In this document: piece after piece, positions 21,031 to 33,140 of the stretch
Layout of the letters: the number at the start of each line of letters is the position of its first letter
How positions within the stretch are numbered: the stretch's first letter is position 1
Source of the DNA: Octopus bimaculoides
Taxonomy: Eukaryota
Length of the DNA: 36,346 bases
Assembly (NCBI RefSeq): GCF_001194135.2
Contig: NC_069004.1
Coordinates: 21,181,078-21,217,423 of the forward strand
Reading direction: 5' to 3'
Translations under genes and position numbers: made by a program
The notes under the pieces: model-generated
Database searches by the model: none
What the model was told of the DNA's origin: nothing
The model's input: only the letters and a program-made list of their open reading frames with translations

Positions 21031-21702
21031 GCAGATAAACCGCATCTTTAAAGCATTTTCGCAGCATTAAGGTCCGTAATTTGAGGAGTATCCAGTCGCT
21101 TCCCTCCAAATTTGCAACAAACATTAATCAGGCTCCTCGAATTGCTGTTGACTAAAAAAAATTTCCGACGCTGACTATGGGCCCAAAAATGGACCCAAAA
21201 ATGCAGATTAATCAGATTTGAGTATACTGTACTGGGTTTTATCTTTGTTTTACGCCATTTTCCAATGATGAAATATTGACACTACTTATGCATTATGAGT
21301 AGCGTATAATATTTTATGAAAACCTTTTTGTCCAATTTGGCAGAGGAAATAAGAAGAGCATTAAAATTTTTGTCAGCGCCCTGTTGATGCTTCATGTTAC
21401 CATGCCATGTGCATGTGTGCACAGCTGGGTAAAGGCACAACAAACTTCTCCAGAAGTGCCCTGTTGATGTTTCATGTTTCCAATCCTGCGCAATGCAGCA
21501 TGGCCCGGCAGTATGTCTACTTTCTATGTCATCCAAGTCTGAACTATATAATGCAAAATGTTTATACAAAAAAACAAACTGCTGTTGGGACTCACAGCAA
21601 CCATTTGAGTGCTCGCCTGACCACTTCAGGAAATTACGCTCGCCACCTGCAATTAGTCCCCCCCATTGTGTTCCCTCCCCCATTTATTCAGACGAGTAAA
21701 TA

Positions 21703-22182
21703 CAGGGTGTCCCAGAATTATCAATGATTTGAATGAAATCGGATACAATTTTTTAAAAAACTCACTTTTATTTATGCTTATCATGTTTAATATGTGTTAA
21801 AAGTGTATAAACTTTGAATTTTGTTTATAATTTTATTTCCATTCCTGTTGGATCCCTCTTATTTGTCCATGACAGCTTTTCAATTTGACAGCAATCATTT
21901 TCTTTACCTCCATCCTCAAGATGGAGCAATCATGTAGCTGAGCTTAAAAAACACATTTAGTTAGTAGTACAGGAGTGAACTCCTGAAATGCTTCAAAATG
22001 TGTTCCACAACACTTAGGAGAGATTTGAAGTATGCAGGGATACAGACATTTTGAAAATTTTGAATAAAAGTTTGACGTAAGATTTATAAATCTGTGTTTT
22101 GGTAATAAACATAAAATTCTGTCAGTTTTTTAAAAATTTGCTCAATTTCATTGAAACAGATAGTTAATTCTAGAACACCCTG
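21703..22182 (+). mobile_element. Internally deleted Tc1/mariner-superfamily element (480 bp)
   Basis: TIRs CAGGGTGTCCCAGAATTA / CAGGGTGTTCTAGAATTA with TA on both sides. An internal remnant reads TPEMLQNVFHN..ERFEVC, resembling a transposase C-terminus. The first 10 nt match the 2936 element. Confidence 0.85.
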
Positions 22183-22307
22183 TATGGTGTAGCATTATTA
22201 ATTGTATTGCTCAAGTAAATATTAAAATCAAAGGTCTTCTCACTGTAAACATACCATCTTTTTGTTAAGCATATTGTATATTATCCAAAATGTATCTCTC
22301 CTTTATA

Positions 22308-22430
22308 GGCATGGACCTGTGGTTGAGAAGCTTGCTTTCCAACAATGTGGCCTTGGGTTCAGTCCCACTGAGTGGCACATTGGGAAATTCTCTTTCATTA
22401 CAGCTCTGTGCCGACCAAAGCCTTGTGTAT
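22308..22430 (+). mobile_element. SINE family 1, 5' fragment
   Basis: CTGTGGTTGAGAAGCTTGCTT...GGGTTCAGTCCCACTGAGTGGCACATTGGG. Confidence 0.7.
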
Positions 22431-22696
22431 TATATAATTGCCATTACTGTATTGATATATAAAATAACACATACAACTCACTTATTATTGTCATACAATA
22501 AACAAACAGAAGTTTGTGTATGAAATTGATATTTTTTCTGCATCAAACATTACATACTTTTTCTTATAAAATACACACATACAGGAGTAAATCTCTCTAT
22601 ATAATAACACTTTGAATGTGGCTCCCAAGAAAGAGTAAAAGTAATTACCCAATCAACGACGGGTATTACTGCTAGTTAATAATAAAATAATAAAGT

Positions 22697-23283
22697 ATTG
22701 GATTTTCTGTAACTAAAAACCTATTTAGACATATATCTTTTAATAATGTAAAACTTGATGCATATTACACTAACAGAAATAATCCCCCTCCAAATAAGAA
22801 CACAAATAATATCCAAACAAACAAAAATGCCAGACATATTATATCTAGACAACATATGAACAATAATACAAAGATAAATAACACATCTAATAACTAGTGA
22901 TTTTAGGGTTAAAGAAAAATGTAAATTTAACAATTACTGTAAACGTAAAAACCTAGTATAACAAGCAACTGTTGAAGTGGAAGGCAAATATTTCTATTAT
23001 GTCAGAGCAACTGAGTGTTATGTGAAATCTTGACTTGCGAATCATGAGACCTCCTTTAGAAATGCTAATAAAAGAAATCGCATTGGCCTAAGTAAATTTT
23101 TTCGGAAACTAAAAGATAGCAATATAACTTATAAAATTAAATGGAAAATTTTAAACAACTCATGTATACAAACCACCAGCCAAAACCTGTTCACTTTGCC
23201 TGGATGAGACATACAACATTTTATTCTCTAAACATAAACTTTTAAATGATAAGTCCAAGAAAATTTCCCAATGTTTACATGTA
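22697..23283 (+). mobile_element. Penelope-like element fragment (linker plus GIY-YIG domain), degenerate
   Basis: Reads FRVKEKCKFNNYCKRKNLV*QATVEVEGK / YYVRATECYVKS*LANHETSFRNANKRNRIGLSKFFRKLKDSNITYKIKWKIL / TCSLCLDETYNILFSKHKLLNDKSKKISQCLH, across frameshifts. Confidence 0.8.
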
Positions 23284-24390
23284 CACATCATCATCGTTTA
23301 ACGTCCGCCTTCCATGCTAGCATGGATTTTTTCTAAATATAAATAATTCACAACTTTTTTTCTCACAAAATTATAATAATATATAATACATCTAATAATA
23401 TATAATACATCTGATATAAATACTCTAATATATTCTATATAGACCTAACAACTCTGATTATACATAAATTCCACCTTAATCACATTTTTTTATATATAAA
23501 TCCTGCTTTTAATGTTCCAACCGCACAATAAGTATTACCTACATACTCTCTAAATATCATTTAGTAACCCACTCTTAATACCGTTTCTTATTAGAGATAT
23601 ACTTATAATCCATATTATTCCCATAATATTATTTAACTCTATAAAATTTAATTTTCTACCGGAATCTAAATATTGTAAGTTCACTTGCATATGTATATAA
23701 AATAGCATACATGTATGTGTATATGTATATGTGCATATATGTATATCTGTATATATGTATATGTACATGTGCATATGCATGTATCTATATCATACACATA
23801 ATTTATATTCATACCATCAGTATGCTTCGCTTGCAAAATAAATATTCTTCTTCTCTACACTCCCACATGCCTCTTTCTAAATTTGTCTCATGTCAATTAA
23901 TCCAAATTCTTTCCCCTAAATAGACGAAGGGAGATAACCCGTTGTTCTTGATTATGTCTTTAGAATAAGTAGTGAGGTTGTTTTTTAAAAAAAAACTACC
24001 TTATATTTTTCCTTTATTTTGCACAAATCTTTAAATTCCTCATAGAAGTAAGTATAATATAATTTTTTTATCCACCTAATAGTTTTTCTGCATAACTGAA
24101 CATATCTGTTAGTGTATTGAAATGCTACATAATACTAATAGCTATAATCTTTCTGTAGAATAAGTAATAAAAAATGTTCTTCACAATCGATTAATAAAGC
24201 TGGATTTTAAAATTTTTATTTTACATATATATACCCTCCATTATTAATTGATTTTAACCAGTGAAGATATAAACCCCATTATGAGTGAACTGTTAATTAA
24301 ATTCATACTTTAGATTTACCTAAGTATACAATATAGCCTAATCTTAGCCATAACTTTAAAATATTAAAATCTGCACTATACTTTATATTA

Positions 24391-24700
24391 TACTAGCAGC
24401 TAAGCCAGGTTTCACCCGGTCTGTTTGTATGATGTGGCTGTGATCGTTTTCAGTTAGGCATAATCTATAACAACGTTTCTCAACCATATCATTTTGGGTC
24501 CCCTGTTTAGATTGGTGCCTCCAGCTGTATGAAAATTTCCTGACCGCCCCCCCCCATCATCCTTGTCAGAAAACAGCTTCAGGAGTTGTTTAGAACGAAT
24601 TTGCACATAGTCTGTTTGTGAGAGTTATTCTATTGGACCTCTGTCTAATCATTAAAACATTGATTTAATTATGAACATAGAAAGATATTATACATTAATC
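24391..24700 (-). mobile_element. Helitron-like 3' terminus and adjacent body
   Basis: The minus strand ends CCGGG-TGAAA-CCTGG (hairpin), then CTTAGCTG, CTAG and T, the canonical Helitron 3' layout. The far boundary is uncertain. Confidence 0.5.
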
Positions 24701-25319
24701 CCTATTTTTGTTAGCAGTTGTATCCATAAAAATTTTATTTGCAGAGAGCAGAAACTGAAAGAAGATATATGAAATGGATGTGTGTGTGCGTGCATGCATG
24801 CGTGCTTGTGTGTGTGTATGTGTTTACAATAGTTGATTTATGGAAAAGATTATAATAAATTTTTGAAATGCAAATATGTGAATGAAAATTAAGTTCAGAC
24901 CTCTAAATGGTAGCTAGACCTGGTAGAAATAGCAGCCAAATCTCCCTCAAAACACCCTACTGTCTTAATCCAACAATTCTGCCTTCTTACTCTGATGTAA
25001 AAAAGCAATTTCATTATAACTGCCACAAAAGGTGTATTTTTCGTCACGAAAAAGTACAAAAAACTGTCAGCTGGAGGAGGGAGAGATTGTTGGATGTAAA
25101 TAAACCAACACCAGTTGTCATGGTGTTGATTTATTTATATCCCCATAACTAACTGGTTTCACAAGAAGAGACCAATAGAATAAGTACCAGGCTTATCAAA
25201 ATAAAAAAAAAAGCACTGGGGTCAACTCATTCGACAAAAAATTCTTCAAGGAAGTGTCTCATATTTTTGTTTGCTCACTCAATTGTATCTATCAATCTAT
25301 TTTTCTGTGTGTGTATATA

Positions 25320-26279
25320 NNNNNNNNNNNNNNNNNNNNNNNNNNNNNNNNNNNNNNNNNNNNNNNNNNNNNNNNNNNNNNNNNNNNNNNNNNNNNNNNN
25401 NNNNNNNNNNNNNNNNNNNNNNNNNNNNNNNNNNNNNNNNNNNNNNNNNNNNNNNNNNNNNNNNNNNNNNNNNNNNNNNNNNNNNNNNNNNNNNNNNNNN
25501 NNNNNNNNNNNNNNNNNNNNNNNNNNNNNNNNNNNNNNNNNNNNNNNNNNNNNNNNNNNNNNNNNNNNNNNNNNNNNNNNNNNNNNNNNNNNNNNNNNNN
25601 NNNNNNNNNNNNNNNNNNNNNNNNNNNNNNNNNNNNNNNNNNNNNNNNNNNNNNNNNNNNNNNNNNNNNNNNNNNNNNNNNNNNNNNNNNNNNNNNNNNN
25701 NNNNNNNNNNNNNNNNNNNNNNNNNNNNNNNNNNNNNNNNNNNNNNNNNNNNNNNNNNNNNNNNNNNNNNNNNNNNNNNNNNNNNNNNNNNNNNNNNNNN
25801 NNNNNNNNNNNNNNNNNNNNNNNNNNNNNNNNNNNNNNNNNNNNNNNNNNNNNNNNNNNNNNNNNNNNNNNNNNNNNNNNNNNNNNNNNNNNNNNNNNNN
25901 NNNNNNNNNNNNNNNNNNNNNNNNNNNNNNNNNNNNNNNNNNNNNNNNNNNNNNNNNNNNNNNNNNNNNNNNNNNNNNNNNNNNNNNNNNNNNNNNNNNN
26001 NNNNNNNNNNNNNNNNNNNNNNNNNNNNNNNNNNNNNNNNNNNNNNNNNNNNNNNNNNNNNNNNNNNNNNNNNNNNNNNNNNNNNNNNNNNNNNNNNNNN
26101 NNNNNNNNNNNNNNNNNNNNNNNNNNNNNNNNNNNNNNNNNNNNNNNNNNNNNNNNNNNNNNNNNNNNNNNNNNNNNNNNNNNNNNNNNNNNNNNNNNNN
26201 NNNNNNNNNNNNNNNNNNNNNNNNNNNNNNNNNNNNNNNNNNNNNNNNNNNNNNNNNNNNNNNNNNNNNNNNNNNNNNN
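25320..26279. other. Largest assembly gap (960 N); other N-runs at 1818-1934, 3795-3851, 15567-15714, 16941-16950, 19966-19975, 34953-35052
   Basis: Runs of N, most of them bordered by (TA)n/(TG)n microsatellites. Confidence 1.
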
Positions 26280-27656
26280 GAACTTAGATTCAATGCATAA
26301 GGGCCGGTATAATGCAGTATGTTTGGTTTGAATTTGAGGTGGCTTAAAGGGGGCAGAACCCCCAGTGAAAATTCATGAATTTCCGATGTTGATGAAATCT
26401 CAACCATAGGGAATCGACACACATCAAGAAGTATTCCCAAAGTTTTTGCTTCTCATGAGGATTCTAAGACCCCCTTATGGGGGCCTTAACTCCCAAATTT
26501 TAGTCATTTTTTTATGATCCAAAACTAGGTCAAAAGTACTGACTGGATCTTTATGAAATTTGGAAATTATATTCTATGCATAAGGACAGATGTAATGCAG
26601 TATATGTTTGAAAGTGAGGAGGCATAAATGAAGCCACAGAGTCACCCAAGCATACAAGATGAGTGTTATTTGTAATTCAATGGTACAACAGTATTAGAGT
26701 TTACTTTGAGATATACTTAGATTGTGATTTCTGCAATGTGGTGCATAAATTGTCAAGTAAAGGAGAGGCATCTTTACTTCCACTGATTCAGTTGCATAGT
26801 GTTATTTTGAGTAAAGTTAATTGGTTGCAGACCTCCTCTTTTTATTATTGCTAGGTTAGGGATAGTCCCCAAATGGTAACATTGATTTCAAGGCATTTCC
26901 TGATAAGTGATTGGTCATTCAAAGAGACTTATAGATTGCAAATTTATTCTGTCCAGTTACCTATCGGTGTAGTGGTCATTTGCAAACTCCAGAGGTGACA
27001 CTTTCATTTCCCCTTAGCCCTCACATCACACAGTTGTTAATGTTTCAGTTGGGTTATGCCCTTCCAATTGCTATAGATCCTTAATGCATCTTACAGCTGT
27101 GCCTGTCATCTGTATGGTGAGGAATCCTACATTGGAGAGTAGTAACGACTAGGGTAGGGTGGCTGACTGCTTATTGTGATCATTTGTCTTTTGGTTTCTT
27201 GTAGCTTTGCTCTCTTTTACAAACCCCAGTGAATATACATATATTTCCGATTTCAAAGAAATTTGAACAATAGATATAAGACCCAAGTTAAAAAAGATTC
27301 CCAACAATTCAACTTCTATGGTTGTCTTTAAGGCCCCCCCCCCAATAGGGGCGTTAAATCCCATATTTTAGAGCTCCATGTGCTCCATTTTTCAGGAGCA
27401 AAAACCTTTGAATAGGTTTCATAAGATTTGGATTTGGGAATCTGGACATAAAGAAGAGTAGTACGGGATAAATATGTCATGATTAGAATTTTTGTTAGGG
27501 TGTGTAAAGAGGGAAAGAACCCTCATTAAAATTCTTAATTGGCTATTTTGTTGAAATTCGAATCATAGGTATTCCAGTTCATTAGTGAAAATATAAAAGA
27601 AAAGTCTAATTCTTCAATTCCATGTGACACGAGCAACGCCGGATATCGCTGCTCGT

Positions 27657-27960
27657 ATATATAAAGATGAGAATGTGTGTGTCTGTCTGTCTGTGTGAAT
27701 CCCTAAAACTCGAGAACTACACAACGGAGTTCATTCAAATTTTACACACGCCTTACTTAGGGTCCATGTAGTCTCATGGGTCAAAAAAAGTTTCAACTTC
27801 TTGCCTAATGCGAGCCCAGAGTAATCTCTTATCTCTTCCATTATTTCAGTAATACGTGTCAAAAGTGAAACAATAACATCTCTCTATTGTAATGAGAGAT
27901 ACTTTCAGTTTTAAAGTTTCACTATTGATACCGAAACTATTGTCTCAAACATATATAGTG
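27657..27960 (+). mobile_element. Non-autonomous Helitron-like fragment (same family as 20862)
   Basis: Starts ATATATAAAGATGAGAATGTGTGTGTCTGTCTG and shares a block with 20967-21020. Confidence 0.45.
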
Positions 27961-27999
27961 TTATGGGCCCCAAAAAATTTTGAAATGCCGATTTTTTTT

Positions 28000-28629
28000 T
28001 TCCACATTCGTTATCGCCGTACCCGAAAACGGGTGTCTGTAAAAAGAAAGAAATAAAAATAAAAAATAAAAAGGCTTTTTGGGGGTGGGGTGGTTACAAA
28101 AGGAAGTCTTGCCGTGTGTTCAATCAGGGTAATCAGGTTGACTAAACAGCAATCACTACTTTTACCTGTAAAGTGTGGTCGGTTCAAGTTTACATCACCA
28201 TCCCCACCAGCGACTGCACCGACGTAAAGAAACAACTGTACCAACGCCATTGTCGCCACCACCAACACCAACAACGACAACAACATTAATCCAGCTAGAA
28301 AGCCTCTATGCGTCTCGCCAGCTGCAAGAAATAGCTGCCAAAGCATACTCAACTGCCTTGGATAAAGATATAAATTGGATGGTATAGACCTCGATAACCT
28401 TAAAAGGGCGAGATGGTCATAACTGGATTGTCTTTGATTATAGGTCAGCTCAATTAGGGTTGACCTGACACGAAGCAACATATACATCACCGCCACAATA
28501 ACAACACCCATACTGCGACTACTGTTACTACAACCACCACCACTACCACAACTTCGGGCACTGACTTCTTAAGTGAGCGGTGTCAATTCACCATAGTAAA
28601 CCTGTTTAGTTAAGTTTCATTCCAGTAAG
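28000..28629 (+). promoter_or_regulatory. Probable PMM promoter / 5' UTR region
   Basis: Lies directly upstream of the PMM ATG. It is visibly richer in GC and CpG than most of the window and has (ACC/ACA)n low-complexity tracts. The TSS is not identifiable from sequence. Confidence 0.4.
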
Positions 28630-28698
28630 ATGGCCAGTCGTGATATGAGCACGATCTGTTTGTTTGATATCGACGGTACTCTGACGTTACCCCGGCAG
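28630..28698 (+). CDS. PMM2: Phosphomannomutase (PMM1/PMM2 family, HAD superfamily), coding exon 1
   Basis: Translates as MASRDMSTICLFDIDGTLTLPRQ, containing HAD motif I (FDxDGTLT). The ATG has A at -3 and G at +4. The exon ends at a CAG|GTGAG donor, phase 0. It matches the recalled human PMM2 N-terminus (CLFDVDGTLTAPRQ). Too short for the ORF track. The symbol denotes the family; PMM1 vs PMM2 orthology is not resolved. Confidence 0.95.
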
Positions 28699-29763
28699 GT
28701 GAGTTTTCTTGTTTTGCTTTTGTAATCACTTCAGCTATTCTGCTGACATCTAGGATGCTTTTGGTTTTCTTCTGTCCACCAGCGTTTTAGTTACCTGTTC
28801 AGTTAGTGTTTGGTTGCGAATACATGTTGTTTATAGCCAGATCGCGTGAATTTAACCAACGGCATTTCAGTTGTGACTTTCCCGTCTTCTAATAACAATA
28901 GATCGAGGGTCGTCTTATTTCTAGCAGGCCAAACGACTACGTAGAAGCCCCTCTCGTTAGCACAAATGTTTAAGAGAATAGTATATATATAAAAACTGAG
29001 AGCCGATAGTACGATGTAAATTGGATTGGAAATATCAGAGCGTCGAACAAATTACAGGCAGTATTCAGGCGTTAATTTTTTTTTTACAGTGAGATTCGAA
29101 GTAGACAAAGCTATAATAAATTATAACGTATAGAACATAGGCAAAAACAAACAAACAAACAAACAAACAAAAAACGCGCTGGATGGTATAAACCGAAGAC
29201 TATCAGTGCTATTAAGTTATGACGATTTACGTTATGATTTCAAAACAAACGGTTTCATTTTGTTCGTACATAAAGTATGCATGGTATACCTCAAGTTATG
29301 AATGAAATTCTGATCGACTAATCTAAAATACCGGGAAACAAAGCTAAATTCGTAAAATTCACAAAAACGAGGTGAATAAAGACCTCCCAAGACTCCGAAT
29401 CAAAAGTTTGATTAAATCGTCTGCTCCGTTTCCGTTATTCCTTCTATGATTTTTCTTATACCAATCTCATTCTTCTATGATTTTTCTTACAATAATCTCA
29501 TTTTTTTCACTTTCTTCGTTTCGTTTCATCCGAATTCTAATTTTCTTTCACCAACATAAATGCTTTCCATTTCGTTCAAATGACACTTTCTTCTATTCGT
29601 TTCGCACGAATTCTAATTTTTGATATACCTTTTTCTCTACACGTGTCACATGTTTTGCACTGATTTCACACGTTTGATGTTCACCAATCGAAATGTTTTT
29701 TCTCTATACAAGGAACGGATTTTTTTTTTTGGCGGAATTCCGCTTTCAGCACCTCATATAACC

Positions 29764-30195
29764 CCTCATAACTTGTTTTATTTTTGGGGATTTTCCGAAA
29801 ATTTTCCTGAATTTGTATTCTACACGTGGGAATTTATACAATTATGCCAAAAAGTTTTTTGGGCGATTTGGCTGTTATTTTTTAGCACACACCACGACCA
29901 CCTGATATCTTCGTTGTTTCAGTATTTTTCTCTCCACGAACATATTTATGACGCACCCAAGGGTGTTGAGTTTTAAGCAAAAAGTTCGGTTAATGTTTAA
30001 AAATTCAGACTCTGATTTGCAAAAAAAAAGAAAAAAAAAAAGAATCGTAAAAGTGTAGAAATTTTAGAATTTTATGGGAAAGGGGGTAAAAAAATTAAAA
30101 GCAAAATTTTTTCCATAATCGTATAAATTCCCATGTGTAGAACACAAATTCCCAACACTTTTCTGAAAATTCCAAAGAATATAAAAGTTATGAGG
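29764..30195. repeat. Inverted repeat (~88-bp arms) in PMM intron 1
   Basis: 29764-29851 is the imperfect reverse complement of 30108-30195 (CCTCATAACTT...GAATTTGT.TTCTACAC.TGGGAATTTATAC.ATTATG). Confidence 0.75.
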
Positions 30196-30731
30196 AGCCA
30201 TGTGGGAAACCAGAGTTTGGCCAATTTTTTTCTTCTTAAAGTTTTAGTCAGTGAGGAAAGAGTAGTGTCCATGATTTTATTTTTTCAGAGTCTCTGATTT
30301 GATGGGAGTAAGTTATTCTCAACCAAGAAACTTGGTCCAAATGCTTGCAACAGTGGATACTGTTTAGGATACCTCAAGAAGCAGGTATTAACTGGGTGAA
30401 AGATTAAGTCTGTCTCTCAAAGTGTAGAGCCACAAGAAATACCATAAGACTTCCCGTCCAACACTCTAAACTTTCTGAATAGCATGCCAACGATAAATTA
30501 CTTTGATTTAAAAAAAAAAAAAAATTTGTTTAGTAGTGTGGCTCACTGGATTATGAGTCATGTTTCATGTGGTCCCCTTCTAGAATATGTTGTCCATGCC
30601 TGCTCTGAACAATCCACTGCAATTGGTACTTTATTTGTCTTTAACCTTTTATCATTTAAAGTGACCATATCCAGCCAATATATTTTACCTATTTTATGTT
30701 CATTCTGGCTAGATCCAGTTTTTCATACCTA

Positions 30732-31903
30732 CAAGGGGTGTTCATTAAAGATCTCCCTTGATCAACTTCCTAAGGACTGGGATAAACGAAATTTGGCATA
30801 ATTATTAGTCCTTCTCTACATAGCCACCACCAATGGTGACACACTTCTCCCATCACTTTATGCAGCTGTGAAAACCTTGTCTGTAGAAGTTGGTAGGTTG
30901 CATCTGGAGCCAAGACTTTACCTCAGAAATAAGTTCATCATCATCTGAAAAATGCTTCCCCTTCAAAAAAGACTTCATAATTGGAAAGAGGTGGAAGTCA
31001 GATGGTGGACAGTCGGGAGAGTAAGGGGGATAAGATAGGATTTCATAGCCGAGGAATATGCTTTCATCTGGGCAACATGCACATTGTGAACTGGGGCATT
31101 GTCTTGATTAGCATGCTGTGCCTTTGATCCAGAAAATCCATCATCACTATTCCATGCTTGTCCCAAAAGACTGTGAGCATCACCTTTCTTGCTGAGGGTT
31201 GGACACGAGCCTTCTTTGGAGGTGGTGAGTTAATATGCTTCCGTTGCTTCGACTGGACTTTAGTTTCAGGATCATAGTAATGGACCTGTGTTTCATCCTG
31301 TGTGATAAGTCTACATATAAAGTCCTCATTTTCTTGGCACATTGCCAAAAGAGCCTGGGTGCAATTGACTTGTTCCTGCTGGGGAATCCATTGTGCAGAC
31401 AACTTCTGCATGTGCAAATGGTTGTGAATTATTTTTTCTATAAACCCTTTGCTTATCTTCACTTCTTGGGCTAGCTGCTGAATAGTTATACAGCAATCCT
31501 CCAAAATGGCAACTTCCACTTTATGGATGGTGTCATCTTCAATGACGGTATGTGGAATAGGAGCAGTTTCCACTGATGTCTGACTGCATTTGAGCTGGTG
31601 GTGCCAGTGCTTGACTATGTCATATGATGATGCATCGTCACCATAAACTTTTTTCATATTATCGAAAGCCTCTTTTGGTGTATGACCTTCTAAGTATAAG
31701 AACCTGATCACTGATCTGCATTCAACTGCCTCCATTATAACAGCTTAGTCCACTTCAGCAGCCACAAAAGACAAACAAATACTAGTGGAAAGCTGCAATT
31801 TACAATTTAACATGTAGAGACATGTATGATTATACCTGTACAAGTTCTGTTTCCTGCAATAACCAGAAGTGGGTCAGGGAAAATGTTTAATGAACACTCC
31901 TCG
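30732..31903 (-). mobile_element. Near full-length defective mariner (1172 bp), antisense in PMM intron 1
   Basis: TIRs CAAGGGGTGTTCATTAAA / CGAGGAGTGTTCATTAAA with flanking TA. ORF 31735-31064 has CRSVIRFL, LSAQWIP, ITQDETQVHYYDPETK and KVMLTVFWD. Frameshifted parts read QDNAPVH and PPYSPDCPPSDFHLFP...WEKCV..GGGYVEK. Confidence 0.93.
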
Positions 31904-32232
31904 TAGCCTACAATGTTGTTCTAGAAATAAACAGTCACATTATTGAAATCCTTGAGATAATGCACAATTAATTCAAAAGAATGTGAATAAATAAGCATTA
32001 TATTTGACAAAGTAATCCCAAATGCCGAAGGGTTAACAATTGATTGATGCCCTGCCCCTCACCACTGATTTTGTTTCCTCATAACTCCCTGAAAAATAGA
32101 TATTTTTTATGAAATTTTGCAGAGATATATTTTGGAAAGTGTAAATAACAATTATTGATAAAATTTTGAGAAAAAATTTGGAGATGTTTTGTATCGATCT
32201 TCTCTTTTTAGTTAGCACCAATTTCCGTAACT

Positions 32233-32626
32233 TATCTTTTATCTTTTAATTGTTTCAGTAATTAAACTGCGGCCATGCTGGGGCACCACCTTGACAGGTT
32301 CAGTTGAAAAAACAAAATGACCCAAATACTTTTTTTAAAGTCTGTTAGTTATTCTGTCAGTCTCTTTTTGCCAAACCACTAAGCAGGGACTTAAACAAAC
32401 CAACACCAGTTGTCAAGTGATGATGGGGGACAAAGACGTGCATGTGTGCACACATCACATAAACATATATACACGATAATCTTCCTTCAGTTTCTGTCTA
32501 CCAGTCGACTCAAAAAACTGGTTGACCCAGGGCTATAGACACTTGTCCAAATTGCCACTTAGTGGGACAGAACCTAGAACCATGTAGTTGAAGCAAACTT
32601 CTTACCACGCAGCCACACCTGTGCCT
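32233..32626 (-). mobile_element. SINE family 1 copy in PMM intron 1
   Basis: Collinear homology to 7899-8318. Confidence 0.8.
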
Positions 32627-32711
32627 ACAAAAATGACTTAAAGGTCCTTCTCAAGCTCATACGACCAGTTTCCTGGATTCTATGACCTATATATCCCCCT
32701 CCCTCACCATT

Positions 32712-32852
32712 GTTGGATTACTCAGTTTTGCTTGCTGAGTGGACTTGAGCAACATGAAATAAAGTGTTTTGGTCAAGAACACAATGTATCACACAGTCCA
32801 GATATCAAAATGGCAATCATGAGTGTAACACATTAACCACTAAGCCTCATGC
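32712..32852 (-). mobile_element. SINE 5' fragment (6675-type)
   Basis: The minus strand reads GGCTTAGTGGTTA...TTGTGTTCTTGACCAAAACACTTTATTTCATGTTGCTC..TCCACTCAGC. Confidence 0.7.
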
Positions 32853-32879
32853 CTCCATTTAACTTGAACATTTAATTTG

Positions 32880-33140
32880 ATCGTTTCAGCTTGCAAGAGC
32901 CCTGTGTTGGTGCCATATAAAAAGCACTCGTGCTAGCGCCATGTAAGAATGCTTGTGCCAGTACCACATAAAAAGCACCCAGCACACTCTGCAAAGTGGT
33001 TGGCATTAGGAAGGGCATCCAGCTGTAGAAACCAAGCCAAATCAGACTGGAATATGGTACAGTTCTCCAGCTTGCTGACTCTGGTCAAACTGTCCAACCC
33101 ATGTCAGCATGGAAAATGAACTTTAAAGAATGATGAAGAT
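32880..33140 (+). mobile_element. SINE/RTE-type 3' tail fragment
   Basis: Internal (GTGCCA.ATAAAAAGCAC) repeats, then GCATTAGGAAGGGCATCCAGCTGTAGAAAC...CCAACCCATG.CAGCATGGAAA and a (GAT)n-like end. Reverse-complement pieces of the same tail occur at ~2865-2898 and ~23285-23325. Confidence 0.6.

Noticed and set aside
23330-24370. AT-rich stretch with a KKCD*GGIYV word resembling a Penelope RT N-terminus
   Set aside because: It is a single short motif in stop-riddled frames, which is insufficient support.
25254-26440. Four 338-382 aa ORFs in the track
   Set aside because: They consist almost entirely of X from the 960-N gap. The same applies to the ORFs spanning the gaps at 1818, 15567 and 34953.
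26860-27200. Faint RT-like words (SPLEFA, GLRG) on the minus strand
   Set aside because: They are scattered over different frames with many stops and cannot be distinguished from chance without a profile search.
28011-28511. 166-aa minus-strand ORF as a gene divergent from PMM
   Set aside because: It has no recognisable domain and is inflated by (GGT/GTT)n low-complexity tracts and a diverged MITE arm. One donor-like CAG|GTAAAA is not sufficient evidence.
31064-31735. 223-aa mariner ORF as an active or domesticated transposase
   Set aside because: It has internal deletions (the WVP region and between D1 and D2), and the second and third catalytic Asp regions lie in other frames with a stop. 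TIRs and TA TSDs are still present, so it is a decayed element.
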